A DNA stretch of 64,000 nucleotides from Amoebidium appalachense (Eukaryota > Protista > Ichthyosporea). Below are positions 16,470 to 49,922 of this stretch, in pieces. The DNA is taken from the NCBI GenBank assembly GCA_963693365.1, contig CAVNZM010000010.1, positions 2,108,001 to 2,172,000 on the forward strand, in the 5' to 3' direction. Made by a program: the position numbers and the translations under genes. Under the pieces are notes generated by a model. It searched no databases. It was given only the letters and a program-made list of their open reading frames with translations, and was not told where the DNA came from. Every line of letters starts with the position of its first letter. Position 1 is the stretch's first letter.

Positions 16470-17276
16470 CGGCGACGGAGGGCGTGTGGGTGTGCGTGAC
16501 TGTGTGGGTACGCTTGTAGGTGCTCGTGTCTGTAAAGTGCGCCCGCGTGTGTATGTCTGTCTGTCTGTCTGCTCTCTTGCATGTGGTTTCTGTGTGTAAC
16601 CTTGCATGGTTACGTGAGCGTACGTGCAGGAGCGTATGCCTGGACATTTGCACACCCTGGGCACTGTTATTGCGGCCGCAGCTGTGTCCCTGTGTGCCTC
16701 TGTGCAGAGTGTGTGTACGTGCTTCTATGCATGTTCTTTGTGTGTGCTTTAATTGCCGAACATCTGTCGAGAATGTGTGCTTCGTACTCTCTAACACATT
16801 CTGACCTTCCCCCCCCCCAACACACACGCACACATACGCACGCACGGACGCATGCACGCACGCACGCGCACAGACATACACACACACTGTGCAGAGTGTG
16901 TGTACGTGCTTCTATGCATGTTCTTTGTGTGTGCTTTAATTGCCGAACATCTGTCGAGAATGTGTGCTTCGTACTCTCTAACACATTCTGACCTCCCCCC
17001 CCCCCCAACACACACGCACACATACGCACGCACGGACGCATGCACGCACGCACGCGCACAGACATACACACACACACGCGCGCGCGCGCGTGCACACACA
17101 CACACACACACAATAGGCGGTCATGCACAGTGTTCATCAACAATGAGCAACACTGTGTGTTGGACGGTGGGTCATGGAGCCCCCCTGTGTGCGAGCACAC
17201 GGAGCAGGACTTGGTCAGGAAAATTTGCTCCTTGATGAAAAACCCCCCTGAAGCGTGCAAGCCAAAGACACGGTAG
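11956..17276 (+). CDS. GILT/IFI30-family lysosomal thiol reductase (fungal/protist MSKCPD type), 6 exons
   Basis: Exons 11956 (or 11983)-12063, 12406-12598, 13126-13241, 13913-13991, 16008-16161, 17117-17276. N-terminal hydrophobic segment, then [74 protein letters not shown]. Confidence 0.88.
14066..14361 (+). mobile_element. Poly(C)-tailed structured repeat, subfamily B copy (more decayed)
   Basis: Colinear with 15096-15385; ends CCGCATTCAT(C)n; CTGAGGA is changed to CTGATTA. Confidence 0.85.
15096..15385 (+). mobile_element. Poly(C)-tailed structured repeat, subfamily B copy
   Basis: Shares CAACCCTGCTCGTC..AAGACGGG, GGTCGAAACTC, CCCTGAGGATGGGCTCTGCTTAT and the terminal CGCATTCAAA(C)n with subfamily A; homologous to 14066-14361 and 62830-62963. 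Confidence 0.88.
15392..15552 (+). ncRNA. Candidate split/pseudoknotted hammerhead-like ribozyme domain of the repeat (representative copy)
   Basis: GUU 15463-15465, GAAA 15497-15500, CUGAGGA 15531-15537; stems I, II and III covary between subfamilies A, B and C (see findings). Activity untested. Confidence 0.6.
15392..15665 (+). mobile_element. Poly(C)-tailed structured repeat, subfamily A copy (GILT intron 4)
   Basis: Reverse complement of the 7011 copy; ends CCGCATTCAAA(C)n; sits directly behind the C-tail of a subfamily B copy. Confidence 0.9.
16701..17077. repeat. Near-perfect tandem duplication of a unit of about 188 bp containing a repeat-family tail and C-run
   Basis: 16701-16887 repeated at 16888-17077. 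Confidence 0.85.
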
Positions 17277-17335
17277 CCTGTCTGAGGATTCTGAAATTTT
17301 GGGGTTTTTTCCAACGCCTGTGTGTCCTTTCACCA

Positions 17336-17372
<37 letters not shown>

Positions 17373-17741
17373 CTCCTTGCCTTTCTGCTTTTGTTATTTT
17401 TCTGTTTTGTTTTGGAAAGGTAAATGTTAGACCTCTTTTTGTGTATGATATGTAGTGCATTTGTGGATTCTTAGGCGAATGTCAAGCTATGAGTTTTAGA
17501 GTTTTTTTTAAGTTTTTTTTCCTGGCTGAAGGGCCCAAACAGTCACACTCCTGCTCAGTCACGCGGATGTGTCCAGGCACGCACGTGCAAACACACTCAC
17601 ACACATACGCGCACGCACACGCACAAGCACGGACACCACGCAACACACACACACACACACGCTAACACATTCACATACACCTTGTGGATCGCATCACAGT
17701 GTGGTTTTGGCGCCACTGTGTACACACCAACACACACACAC

Positions 17742-17823
<82 letters not shown>

Positions 17824-18361
17824 GACCTCCCTTCGCGGAATGAGAGTATCGAATATCATCTGTATGTATTCTACGAACAAACCTTATACTCCAGAAAATT
17901 TTCTCCTTGTGTCAAACATCGTGTGCACATGTGTGTTTTCATGCAGGCTCTTTAACATATCTGGCACGTTTTGTTCACGAGACATGTACAAGCATGTAGG
18001 TACAGTGGTATTGTATGCTTCAGATCGCTACACGACAAAAGCTATACATGTACATATGCTTTTTCAGCCCTCGTATGAGATATTATAAATGATTTAGTTG
18101 AGCCAATATCTGTTGATTCAGTGAATTTCGATATCCTTGTCCGATCGAAGGAAAGAACTTGTGTGGAGTTATTTCAACACCTAAAGCCCCCCCCCCCCCC
18201 CCCCCCATTCCAACGCGCACACACACACACACACACACAGACACACACAGCTTATTATGCATAATTTTTATGTGTGCTTTGCACTTGGCATTGCGTTTGT
18301 GATTTATGACGTGTTGTTCATGCATGAACGCGTACTTCGTGCTCCATATTAAACAATCTTT

Positions 18362-18398
<37 letters not shown>

Positions 18399-18557
18399 GC
18401 CCCACCAAAAAAAAAGAAAAGAGAAAAAAACACCCACGACCAACCACCCCCATGTGATTCCAATAGCCCTGTGCCGGGTTTTTTCTCTGATAAATTTTTT
18501 TACGCAAAATATGCATAGGGCAACAGAACACACGTGGCAGTGCCCGTGCACAGTCAA

Positions 18558-18605
<48 letters not shown>

Positions 18606-19171
18606 ACCACCACCACCACCACCACCACCACCACCACCACCACCACCACACACACACACAACACACAGACAGACACGCACCCAGTGGCGCACACACACAC
18701 ACACACACACACACACTCATACGCACATGCACATGCACACACGCACACACACATGCACATGCACACGCACACGCACACGCATGCACAAGACAAACCGGAG
18801 CGATCACACCATCGCACACATGCACATATAGACATATACATAGTTTCTGACCAGGTGTAACAAAACATAACTGTTCAGCACCTTTTGTCGTCTATATTTT
18901 GTGACAGTGATACACAGCAGGAAACCGCTCCCGAACTTTGTGCCCACACATTCATACACACCAAGAAGAGAAACATCCCCATATGCATAATAAAATTTTG
19001 TGACTGCATCAACATAATCGTATAATCGCATACATACACTCCCGCGATATACAACATATGAGAGTGCACGTGCAAATATTTCCATTGTACCAATGTGACC
19101 GAAATAATCAATTATCTCTCACGTGGTTATCAACTACCAATAAGAGCACGACAAGCGTGATTTTGAGCCAA

Positions 19172-29750
<10,579 letters not shown>

Positions 29751-30328
29751 TTTCTTGTATAGTAACGTTTGATAAAAGGTTTATCGACAAGAACTCAGTA
29801 CACTATTGTCGAAATATCAAAACACGCCCTTTGAATTCAATAACTTACTGCAAAGAAATAGGCCTACTCTCTTTAAACGAAAAAGGGATCCGGAAGGAAG
29901 AAAAAGGTTGGGGGTTTACACACTTCTTATTGCGTGGACACTTGTAAACAAGGTTTTGGTTGCCAGGTGAACGTTGAAACTCGGAAAATTGAAAACACAA
30001 CTTGTGAGCCACCAGGCACTGATTGGCTATGGTTTAACCATATTTGGCTAATTTTTGGCCCGTTTATGGTATTAGATAAGATGACTCGATTCTATTGGTT
30101 CATTTGAAAAACGTAACACAAACGTTGGTGTGCCAGTCTGGCAGTTGTGTGACCACTTCTCGCTATGCAGCTGTCTCTTTGCCAGACGTACGAAACACAG
30201 GAGGGAGCTCGAGAAAGAGAGAAAAAGTACAAAACTAAAATACCGGCATATATGAACACACCTTCATCTTTGATTTCCAGAATTCCTCCTCGCTACCCTT
30301 TATCACCACTTATACCCCAATTGGGCTC
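29751..30328. promoter_or_regulatory. Divergent promoter region, SORD / unknown gene
   Basis: Short repeat-free gap between head-to-head genes; ATTGG at 30022 and 30094. Confidence 0.5.
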
Positions 30329-31138
30329 ATGGTGCACACAGACATGACTGGGACCAAAACCCCGTTTTTCTCATTCACCAAGCATCCTCACGGCTTCCCT
30401 CATGTTCCGTGGCATACACTAGCACTGTTATTCCTAAATTTCTGCCCTATTTTTACTCTTTTTACGTCCACAAGCATTCACTCTCTTTCTTTGCAAAGCG
30501 ACCACCCCGTTTACAATCCCCCTCCGCTCACGCATTCATGGCCCCCACAGTATTCTTCGCACATTGACACAATCCCCCTTATAACCCGCTGGAAAAGTAC
30601 CCTATGTGTTTACTTTCCCACGGCATGCTCTTTGCCAGCTGCCATTCCGCACTCCACAACAACGCCCACTGAAGATGCTACAACATGCATCAATGGTAAA
30701 CGGCTGTGTGAGGCTGGTGCACGTTACATCCGTGTTACGACTTCGGAACTGTCGGCTGCAGGAGACGAAAAGAAGCAAGATGGGTGGTGTGAGAAGGTTT
30801 GCCTACGGGGAGAGAAAGAGTGCACCTGCGAGATGTGCGCCTGTAAAAGTATGGATTTTCAATTGTTGAGTTGTTTGTGATGCCGCCCTTTCCGCACTGT
30901 AGATCCTGCATGGTTTGCTCATTGACACCTTTGTGATATCATGCTGGACAATACACGCAACTATAGGAAATTAGGGAATGGACTATTATATTCGAGTTTT
31001 AAGGAGGGGATGAGGTTTGGGTGGAGGGGGGGAAAGGGGGGGGGGGGGGGGACAGAGAGGGTGCTTGTGGGTTTCTGGAACGAGAGTGCATGTGGGTGGG
31101 TGTTGTGTGGATGTGTATGTGTATATGTGTGTGTGTGT

Positions 31139-31179
<41 letters not shown>

Positions 31180-31399
31180 GGGGGGGGGGGGGGGGGAGGG
31201 GGAGAGGGGGGGGGGGGGGAGGAGGAGGGGGCTGGGGAGGGGGAGGGGGAGAGAGAGAGAGAGATAGAGGGGAGACGGACTGCATGTATTAGATTGAAAA
31301 AGGGAGTAGGGGCAATACCTGGCTAGAGCCTCGTGCGGTTGCATGTTTTGTTTGCAAAGGGTAGTAAATGGGTAAGGTTGGCAAGATTTTTTTCTTCCC

Positions 31400-31441
<42 letters not shown>

Positions 31442-33805
31442 CCCCCCCACCACCACCACCACCACCACCACCAACACATATGCATCTTCCTCCAGTGGAT
31501 GTGTGGGAACTGGTTTCAAAGGAGGGTGTGAGGGTGAGTGGTGTGTGTGAGCATGCGGGATGGGGAGCGGAGGGGGGAAGGAGGGAAAAGGTAAATGATT
31601 GGGAAAACAGGCATCATCCCGCCCCCCTCCCCCCCCCTCTCCCCGGGGTGTTCCCAGTGTCTTTTCCCTTACTTCGTGTATTTTTCCCTGTTAAGCCACT
31701 GTAGCAATAAATCTGTTGGTATAAATTCCCTCTGCAACAGGCCCTCCCTCCCCTCCTTGTTTAGCTCTCTCTCTCTCTCCCGTTCAAGAAATCCGATCAC
31801 TTTTTAAATATTCCATTTTGGTAATTAGAATAACAACTAGAAAGAACCAGTACTCCAGACCCCCCCCCCCCCCCCCCCCCCCCCCCGCCTTCCCACACCA
31901 CCACCACCAACACCACTTCCCACCTACCCACTCACACATACACATACCTCTCCTACCCCCCTTCTACACCGGCACGACAACCGTCTCCCACAACAAAAAA
32001 TACACTGCATTGCACACACACCATATCTCTCCCTCCCTCTTCCCCCCCTCCCCCCTTCCCCTAACCTCTCCCAACATCATTTGCTTGCCTCCCCTTCCCC
32101 CCCCCCTTCTGCCCCCGCCCCCTTCATTCCCCCTCCCCCCCCCCCCCCCCCCCCCCCCGCCCCGCCTTTCTCCTGCCCAGATCCATCAGACGGGGAGTGC
32201 CCCTCCTCCCTACAGCCTCCACCTTCCATATTAGGCAAGTCGTATCCGATTGGCTGCATTGCGCAACTCTGGGCGATGGCCGGGTGCAACAGCACGTGGC
32301 ACGATGCTGCTTTTGCGCAAAAGGTGCCGCGACCTGATTGGCTGGGATTGGTGGACCTGTTCAAGGAAATGAGGGCGTTCTGTGCACCAAATGAAGGTGT
32401 ATTTTCCCTTTATTGTATTTGTATACCTTAATAGTTATTATTACTATTATTTTGTGGATTGCCGGGGGAGGGGGTGGTGGAGGGGGGGGGGGGGGGGGGG
32501 GGGGGGGGTGCCCTTCTATTGACCACCTTTTCAATCTTGATGATCTCTGCTCAGCAGTGTTAGACCGATGATTTCCCCGAGTTGCATTAGGTTTTTTAAG
32601 GCTGTTCGCGGGTTCAATGAACGTTTCAAGGGGTTGGGGGGGGGGAAGGGGGGGACATGTCAAGGGAAATGAAGCAAGATGTGTGCGTGTGTGTTGGGGC
32701 AGAGGGGCAGAAGAGGGGGGGGGGGGGGGGGAAGGGGAACGGTTGTTCCCGTGTGTGTGCATGTGTGCACGCACATGTGAAGGCTGTGTTGCATTAAATT
32801 TGTGTGTGTGTATGTGGACATGTGTGTGGGGGGGTGTCAGGTTGGGGGGGTGGGTGGGTGCTTATGATTAGGCAATGTACACAATCACATGCAGGTGCCT
32901 GTGCGCCCACTTGGCATTGCAATATTCCTGGTGGTTGGTGTGGTTGGTTTGTTAATTGCTGGCGTCTTGCTGTGCCGTTTGAAGTAGATGTCTGGGTGGT
33001 GACCCCCCCCCCCCCCCCCCCCTTTTTTCAGCCCCCCCCCCCCACACACACACACACAGAGACACACGTACACACACATCCTCCCCCCCAACACCTCCCC
33101 CCCCCCCCCCCCCCTCCCCCCCCTCGGTCCCCTACCTCCCCCCGTGCCAACAGATGTCTTATCAAGACTAAAGAGGGTGTGTGCATTCACACAGGTGCTC
33201 GGGAGGCCCTAAGGATCAATAGAGCCCCCTACCGCAAGACTTTCACGGTGGACGGGAAGGCGCGAAACTTCTACAACACCGGAAATTCGGAAATAAACGG
33301 GTTGAACCCCGGAGACTGGTCCAGGGGGATAGGCAGCCCAACCTTCACAAGAGGCCATATTGACTCCCACGACCCCAAGACAAAGATAAGCAAAGTGGTG
33401 AGTTTATACCAGGCAATGGTCCCCCACCTACCGGAAAAACACAATTACCGGGTTTTCCATCACGATTTCCGCAATGTGACGTATATGGTGGTACAGGCGG
33501 TTCTGATCCAAACCCACGCAGTGTCGCGCCAACAAACTCGAACGGATTCACCGGAATACCTGAAATTCTATACGCCTATGGACTGGCGATCAGATCCCGG
33601 GGGGGAAAATTCGCCAACATCTCTGATCTATGTATTTGGTGCGCCCATGCCAGCGCCTCTGTCGAACAGAAACGCAACGGTGACGGTACGAATTTCGATG
33701 CAAACGAATGAGAAATTTCCGTCGCGTGTGTCTGTGGAAGTTTCTGGATTGGAGGAGAATGTGGATGCAGTGTGCCACGTGAATATGATGGTGACTACCG
33801 AATAG
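30329..33805 (+). CDS. Uncharacterised Cys-rich, probably secreted or membrane-anchored protein (start uncertain)
   Basis: Phase-1 linked exons about 30329/30344-30847, 32181-32396, 32895-32933, 33195-33805. Non-repetitive open frames: DGWCEKVCLRGEKECTCEMCAC, YPIGCIAQLWAMAGCNSTW, and a 200-aa terminal exon ending VCHVNMMVTTE*. No family recognised. Confidence 0.65.
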
Positions 33806-33909
33806 CTATGATGGATGTGCTTGAACTGATTGGATATCGCAGATTAGATGAAGATACCGAAGAATCTTTTGCGCCTTTGCTTTTAATTTTATCATTTTTT
33901 TGAAGAAAG

Positions 33910-33940
<31 letters not shown>

Positions 33941-35026
33941 TTCTCCCATGTGTATATATCAAAATCGATTTAAGATCACAACATATGTAAAGGTTTTTTT
34001 AAAGAGCACTTTCTTGTTTGATTACATGTTTATTTGTTTGTCCTATCTCGTTTATTTACCTCCATTTTATCTATCGTAAGTTATTTGCGATGATGTGGAC
34101 ATCATGGGCATGAACTTAGCTGATGTAAGAGTATTTACACCGTGACGAAACCTTATGTAATTACATATGTTTAAAGCGATGAAGCCCTGAGAAATGATTA
34201 TCAACTCAGGAAATCTTATTGAATGTCTCTCCCATATGTATACAGAACCAAAAGGTTAACCACTATTGCATATCTTTTTATGCAATCTGCACCGACTGTA
34301 CATGTAAGACAGTGTGAATACCCCCCAAATACATAATTATCTGAAATGAGCCATCAAAGATCACGTCAATATATCAAAAACTCTTCGCTTTATTATTGCA
34401 ACAGCCTTACCGGTTTCTGCCTTTTAGGCTTTTTGCCTAAGCTGTGTGCGTGTATGTAATTAAACAGTTGCTGCTTTAAAGTTATGCCTGAACCGGGCAG
34501 AGAGATGAAAGAGTAGTCCGACAGGAAAATTCAATTGCCCCCACAGAAACACAATTTGATGGACTAAACTTCCACTAACCATTATACCAAAGGGTACCAG
34601 ATTCAGACTTCCGGGAAGGCTACAAACAGTTATGATTTTACAGGAATCCTTACGGTATTACCATTTAAACTTAGTCATATGTCTCTTTAGAAGTGGATTT
34701 CGGCCCACGCTTCAGAAGCATCGAAAGCACGCCCCTTTTTTCCCGCCAACGTTCAGTTTGATATTCCCTTTTTTAATGGAAGTATAGTATGAAGCTACCA
34801 ACTAGCACAGCAATCATGTTGCTGTAGCCTCCTGCCAATGTGGCACTTTGCTCTGCGCATAACCTAAGTATGCCGATTGTGAACAAGATAGAGATTTGCA
34901 TGGCTGGGGTTTCTACTTTCTACTCTCCGAACCACCACACTCACATGTTGGAAACCCATAAGCGTGCCTACAACACAACCTAGTGCTTCTCAAGGGTCAA
35001 TCATCGGTATTGCCGAGACTTGTCAA

Positions 35027-35062
<36 letters not shown>

Positions 35063-35162
35063 CCCCCCCCCCTCCTCCCTCGCATCCTTCCCCCGCTTCT
35101 TCGAGCAAAGTAAGTGCACTTGATGGTTGTGGTTTTTGTTTTTTTTGTTTTGTGTGTGTGTG

Positions 35163-35208
<46 letters not shown>

Positions 35209-36270
35209 GAGAGGAAGGGGTATGCGCGGATGTGCTGCTGACGTTGTGGACAGTCTTGTCAATAAAGCCGCCTTTTCTTTCTTCCCCCCTCCCCCCGCCC
35301 CCTCTTTTTAAAGCTCATTTCTGAACCTAGGTATATATATTGGATGTAGTTAAAGTACGGACATACAAGCCTCGTACAATCACAAACACGACAATATTCA
35401 CACGATTCAACCTGGTGAGATTCATGGTGCCAAACTGGTGATCGACAAAGCCCAACTGCTGCTACCACTATAGCATCGTTTTTTTCTTCGAAACCGACAC
35501 CTTCTCGGGTTAAGGGAACATTGGACGTCTTGGTCAGCCCACATTGTTGCTGACTCAAAAAAGCATACTGTTGGTGCTTATCTACCCCATCCTCTCCTTT
35601 CACGCCCCTTATACGGTACCCCACCATGGCCATATATACGCACCCCTCTTTTCATTTTCACCATTGTTCACGCTGTTGCGCACGTTGGCCAATTCGTCCT
35701 GAGACATTTCATATAAGTTAGAGTGCGGAGATGGTGGAGTACACAATCACAACCTTCTAGGGGATCATTGCACTTTATTGGCAGCTCCCTCCGGCCAATT
35801 CGGAAACACGACATGTGCCCGGGGACCGGGGAAGAAGTGGGGGGGAGGGAGGGAGAGGGAGAGGGGAGAGGGGGGGGGGGGGAGGGGAGCCTCAGGCCCT
35901 GGGAAGGAGGGTAATTGTGAGAAAAAAAATACTGCCGATTATCAAATAAATCCGCTTTTTAGTATATGACCTTCCCAACTGGCCCAAGTTCTGCAAATCA
36001 GAAATCTTTTGCCAAACTTCTTTTCGTCCCACACTCACATTTTCATTTACCACGACACAGCCTCAGCTCGTGGAGGTCCCGGCACAGTGGCTGACAACTC
36101 GGAAAAAAGGTGCCGCTATCGTTGAGGCACTTCGGCATTTCTGTTTCAGTATGCACCTATAAACTTTAAGGCATACTATTTGGTCGCCCCTAGAAGGTCG
36201 CTGAAAAGTATGAGGCTTCTTCCTGGTGCTACGGGCGATCATTCAGTCAGCCATGCCCGGCACTTCTGGA

Positions 36271-36318
<48 letters not shown>

Positions 36319-36526
36319 CCCACAAACCCCAACCCCAACCCCAACGTTCCCGGGCCGCCACCACCACCACCACACAGTGATACGTACATATGTACAGACC
36401 AACCTCGTCTTTAACCCTCAATTACAGATGTTCGAATTCCGTGGCTTCTGTTTCCAAATTTTGCTTTTACTTCTTTTTTCTTTTTTTTTATTGTGGCGGC
36501 GGCAGCGGATGTGTGTTGCGTGTGCA

Positions 36527-36582
<56 letters not shown>

Positions 36583-36837
36583 TTCCGGCCACCACCTCCA
36601 CCCTTATAAAGCAATCTCCACCCCCCCCCCCTCCCCGGCCCGGGGCCCCCGACCACTACCACCACCCTTCCGGACCCCTAGATCTACCCCCCCCCCCCCC
36701 CCCCCCCCCGCCCGCAGGGTCCCACAGCCTCCAAACACATCCTAGGCAGGGACTACATGCACCAGCTCCATCATCATGTCCCGGACAGTCATACTGACAT
36801 CACATATTCAAAAACACGTACTGAGGGGATATCGATT

Positions 36838-36946
<109 letters not shown>

Positions 36947-37513
36947 AAGAGAGACAGAGATGCATGCACACTTCATGGTTGTCACGCACAGGTGCAGGGT
37001 AAGTTAATGAAAAGCTCTTGCATAGTTTTTTTGCATTTTCCGAGATACATTGACTCCTGAAATGCAATTAATATGTATATCCATCTCTCGTGCACGTGCA
37101 AGTGATTGAATGTGATAAACCCTTTTTGCATGCACCTTCTAATATTAGTCTAAAACTAATGTAAATGCACATTGCCGAAGGGTTCCATCAACTGTCTATC
37201 CCCTGAGTCAGCACATTGAGCTGTTAACACACGCACAAATACACCAAAGTCACAGTCGGAACATCTATACAGTGACCTTACTTTTTATTTGCATAAGACA
37301 CATCACCAAACCACCCAAAGGACATCATAATGCCTTACTATACCTTTTCAGAAATTTCCTATTATAGGTTCAGCCCCCTCCCCATTTATTCAGCCCAAAA
37401 AAACACAAACTAAAGTCTCTGTATCTAACACTCTCAACCCCGCCACAATTACAAAACTTCATGACATAGAATTTAGAGCATCAGAAAATCACAAGGTAGA
37501 TCCCCCCCCCCCC

Positions 37514-37544
<31 letters not shown>

Positions 37545-37967
37545 CACCACCGCCACCACCCACCCACCACCCACACACACACAACCCACCCACCCACCAA
37601 ACAGACACCCACACACCACATCTACATGCCCACCAACTCACAAATCAGAAGAAGAGAAAAAAGCAACCAAAAAAAAAAAAAATGACATGAACGGCCATTT
37701 TATCCGTCTAAAGCCTAAGTTAAGTTTCAGTCCAAAGATTAGCTAGCGGCACACAACATAATGATTTTTTTCACCGCTCACACTCACATGCAACAAATAC
37801 ACAACCATCACACAATGAGATAACTTAACACAGGTTCCAGTTTAGTTCACGGTTTTCTTCTAAGATGGTGTTCTAAAAAAGGTGTCCTAAGTGATAAGGA
37901 CGGATATGAAGAGGCGAATGAACACTATATTTTGGCAAGAGGCATGTGTATGTGTTTCACTGTGTGC

Positions 37968-38027
<60 letters not shown>

Positions 38028-38343
38028 ATGTGCACACACCCGTGCGTGCTTGTGCATGTGTGCGAGTCGGGTACTTTGGTGCCTGCATCTATCTTCTTTT
38101 GTGAGAACAAACAATCTCAAAGTGCATAATATAACATATACACATTTACACCCGCAGCCATCATATCTCGACCACGGCACTTAAAGCATAGCAGAGGGTA
38201 AATTTTCCGTCCAGGTTCGCCAAAAGCCCCCACCCCACTCGCACCGTCTCACACCTTCTAGACGACGATATCTGGACCTCAAAAAAACCCCGCCCACCAG
38301 GTAATTTTCAAGTGAGTCGTGGGGATTTTTGTTTTGTTTTTCA

Positions 38344-47837
<9,494 letters not shown>

Positions 47838-49149
47838 CTTTGCAATGGGGATGGTGCGCAACCACTATGGTGCGCCAACAGGAAAAAACGATGTTCTTCG
47901 GCAGAAGCACTGATGTGGAGGTTTCCTGGCAAAATGATGCAAAACTACACACTATCGAGCCAAGCTCCTACCAAGCAGGAAGAGTGGCTTACGCGCTGAA
48001 AAGAAATAACCAGCCCGCAGTAACACCACTTCTGGAAACCAAGAAGGAAAAAAATGTGCTGGAAAGGATGAGCCAAAGGAGCGGCGACGAGCGCCCCAAG
48101 AAACAAACTGGAAAGAGACCCGCTTGTATGAATTCTTCCTAACAGCAGCGTCGCAAGCTGCTGTATCCACCCACGGCAAAGCGTTCCAGCATCCTTTCTC
48201 GACGCAAACCCCCTAACACCGCGTGGTCCTGCCTCTGCCGGCAGGGCTGGGAGAGGAAGCAGTAGAGCGAAAAAAAGTGGTTGACGGAGCCCCCCCCCAA
48301 AAAAAATGTTGTACGAAACCGTAGAATAACAGGCGTGCAGGTCGCTTAAAAAAACTAATCGGTGCACACTATTTGGTAGCAAAGGGTATACGCGAATGCT
48401 GCTCGTTCAAATTTTTCTCACGTAGACTCTCTCCCCTGTGATGTGCTATACCCAAAGGGTTGTGTAACAACTAGCGAGAAAAAAAAAGGATGCCGAGAAA
48501 AAACTCAACAGATCTTTTCAGCAGCTATATGTATACCAGAACACCTAAAAGCAATGTTTTTGACCTGAGAGAATGACACGTAGAAAAAAACTATATAAAA
48601 AAACGAACTTCGCAAGCAAAAACTGATATGGCTGAAGGCACAAAGCGTTGAAAAACGAGACAGAGCGAATCATCATTCGCCGATCGCGAGGAGGTGACAT
48701 GCCGACAGTCTGCGACCCGACTCGAAAAAGATCTTCGGGTTCGTTTTTGACCTGGTTCGTATTAGCATGACTCAACTGAGCCCTGTGACTGAGCCGCTTC
48801 ACGTAGGGGCTAGAATTTAGAAATGCGGCAAATCTGGAAGTTCTAAATTGTCTTTAGAACGTTCTAAATTGTTCCGGTTCGCACAGGTATGATTTAGATA
48901 ATTTAGAAACAATACATTGTTTCTTGCTCTGTTTAATAAATAAATGTAAAAACTTAACACTGAGACTGTGATAAATGTTTTATAAGCTCATAAATATGCA
49001 TATTAATATTTTATGCAAGGTTTTTATATAAGTATCGCTGAAAACTTCATAACAAAACAGAAGACAGAAACTACAGCATAGCACAGGTATGCAAAAAACT
49101 CCTTTTAGACCAATGATCTTTGGGGCCGGTAGGCTCCTTTCTACTCCAC

Positions 49150-49644
49150 GAGATCAAATAGAAGTAGGGTTCGAAAGATCCGGACGTGGAGGGGGGGAGG
49201 TGAGGGGAGGCCGGGGTAGCTGCGAATATATGCGATTTGATTGGCTAATGGGAGGAGGGTAAACGAAAAAAACGCTTTTGCCCAATCGCTGACACGGATT
49301 TTGAAGAGCAAATAAGTGAGTGTTTATAGCCCCAATAACAAACGGAGAACGGATACCGGGGACAAATACTGTAATTTAAACTTTTGGGGTACAAAATTTG
49401 ACTACTTTGGGGGTCTCTAAATGCGCTTCGAGAATTTTTGCCAATCTCGGTACCGATTGTCTAAATCGTTGCGCTGTTTGCAGCGAGCGCGGCAATGCGT
49501 TTTGGGCAGCTATGGCTCGTTACGACCCAGTAAAACATAACGGTGGCACTCAGTAAACGTACTGAAACAAACCAAGCACACTCCTTTTCAAAAGTACTTC
49601 GCGTAGCCACGTAACGGCGTTGTTGAGTCATTTGCCCACACAAT
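49150..49644. promoter_or_regulatory. CCAAT-box cluster upstream of the 49645 exon (and divergent from G-alpha)
   Basis: ATTGG at 49240; CCAAT at 49282, 49332, 49441; CpG-rich and repeat-free. Confidence 0.45.
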
Positions 49645-49731
49645 ATGGGTTCCCGCAAGGTTGGTTCTGGTGGTGGAATGAGGACCTGGCAGGTCGTTCT
49701 GCTCCTGTTTGCTGTCGCCCTGGGTGCACAG
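49645..49731 (+). CDS. Putative first exon encoding a signal peptide of a small unknown gene
   Basis: MGSRKVGSGGGMRTWQVVLLLFAVALGAQ ends at a CAG|GTGTGT donor followed by poly(C), as at many validated donors in this window. CCAAT cluster upstream. Possible downstream exons 50551-50631 and 50865-50899 are weak. Confidence 0.42.
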
Positions 49732-49740
49732 GTGTGTATA

Positions 49741-49789
<49 letters not shown>

Positions 49790-49876
49790 CCCCACCCCAC
49801 CCCTCTCTTCCTGTCCCAAACGCCCAAAGACTTTCCCCGCACATGTACCTCCTAGTTTCTCGCGACAGGAACCATG

Positions 49877-49922
<46 letters not shown>

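Noticed and set aside
35259-35712. Minus-strand ORFs (MAMVGYRIRG..., MSQDELANVRNS...) in the 33.8-38.3 kb gap
   Set aside because: No recognisable homology and no consistent splice chain; an unrecognised gene cannot be excluded.
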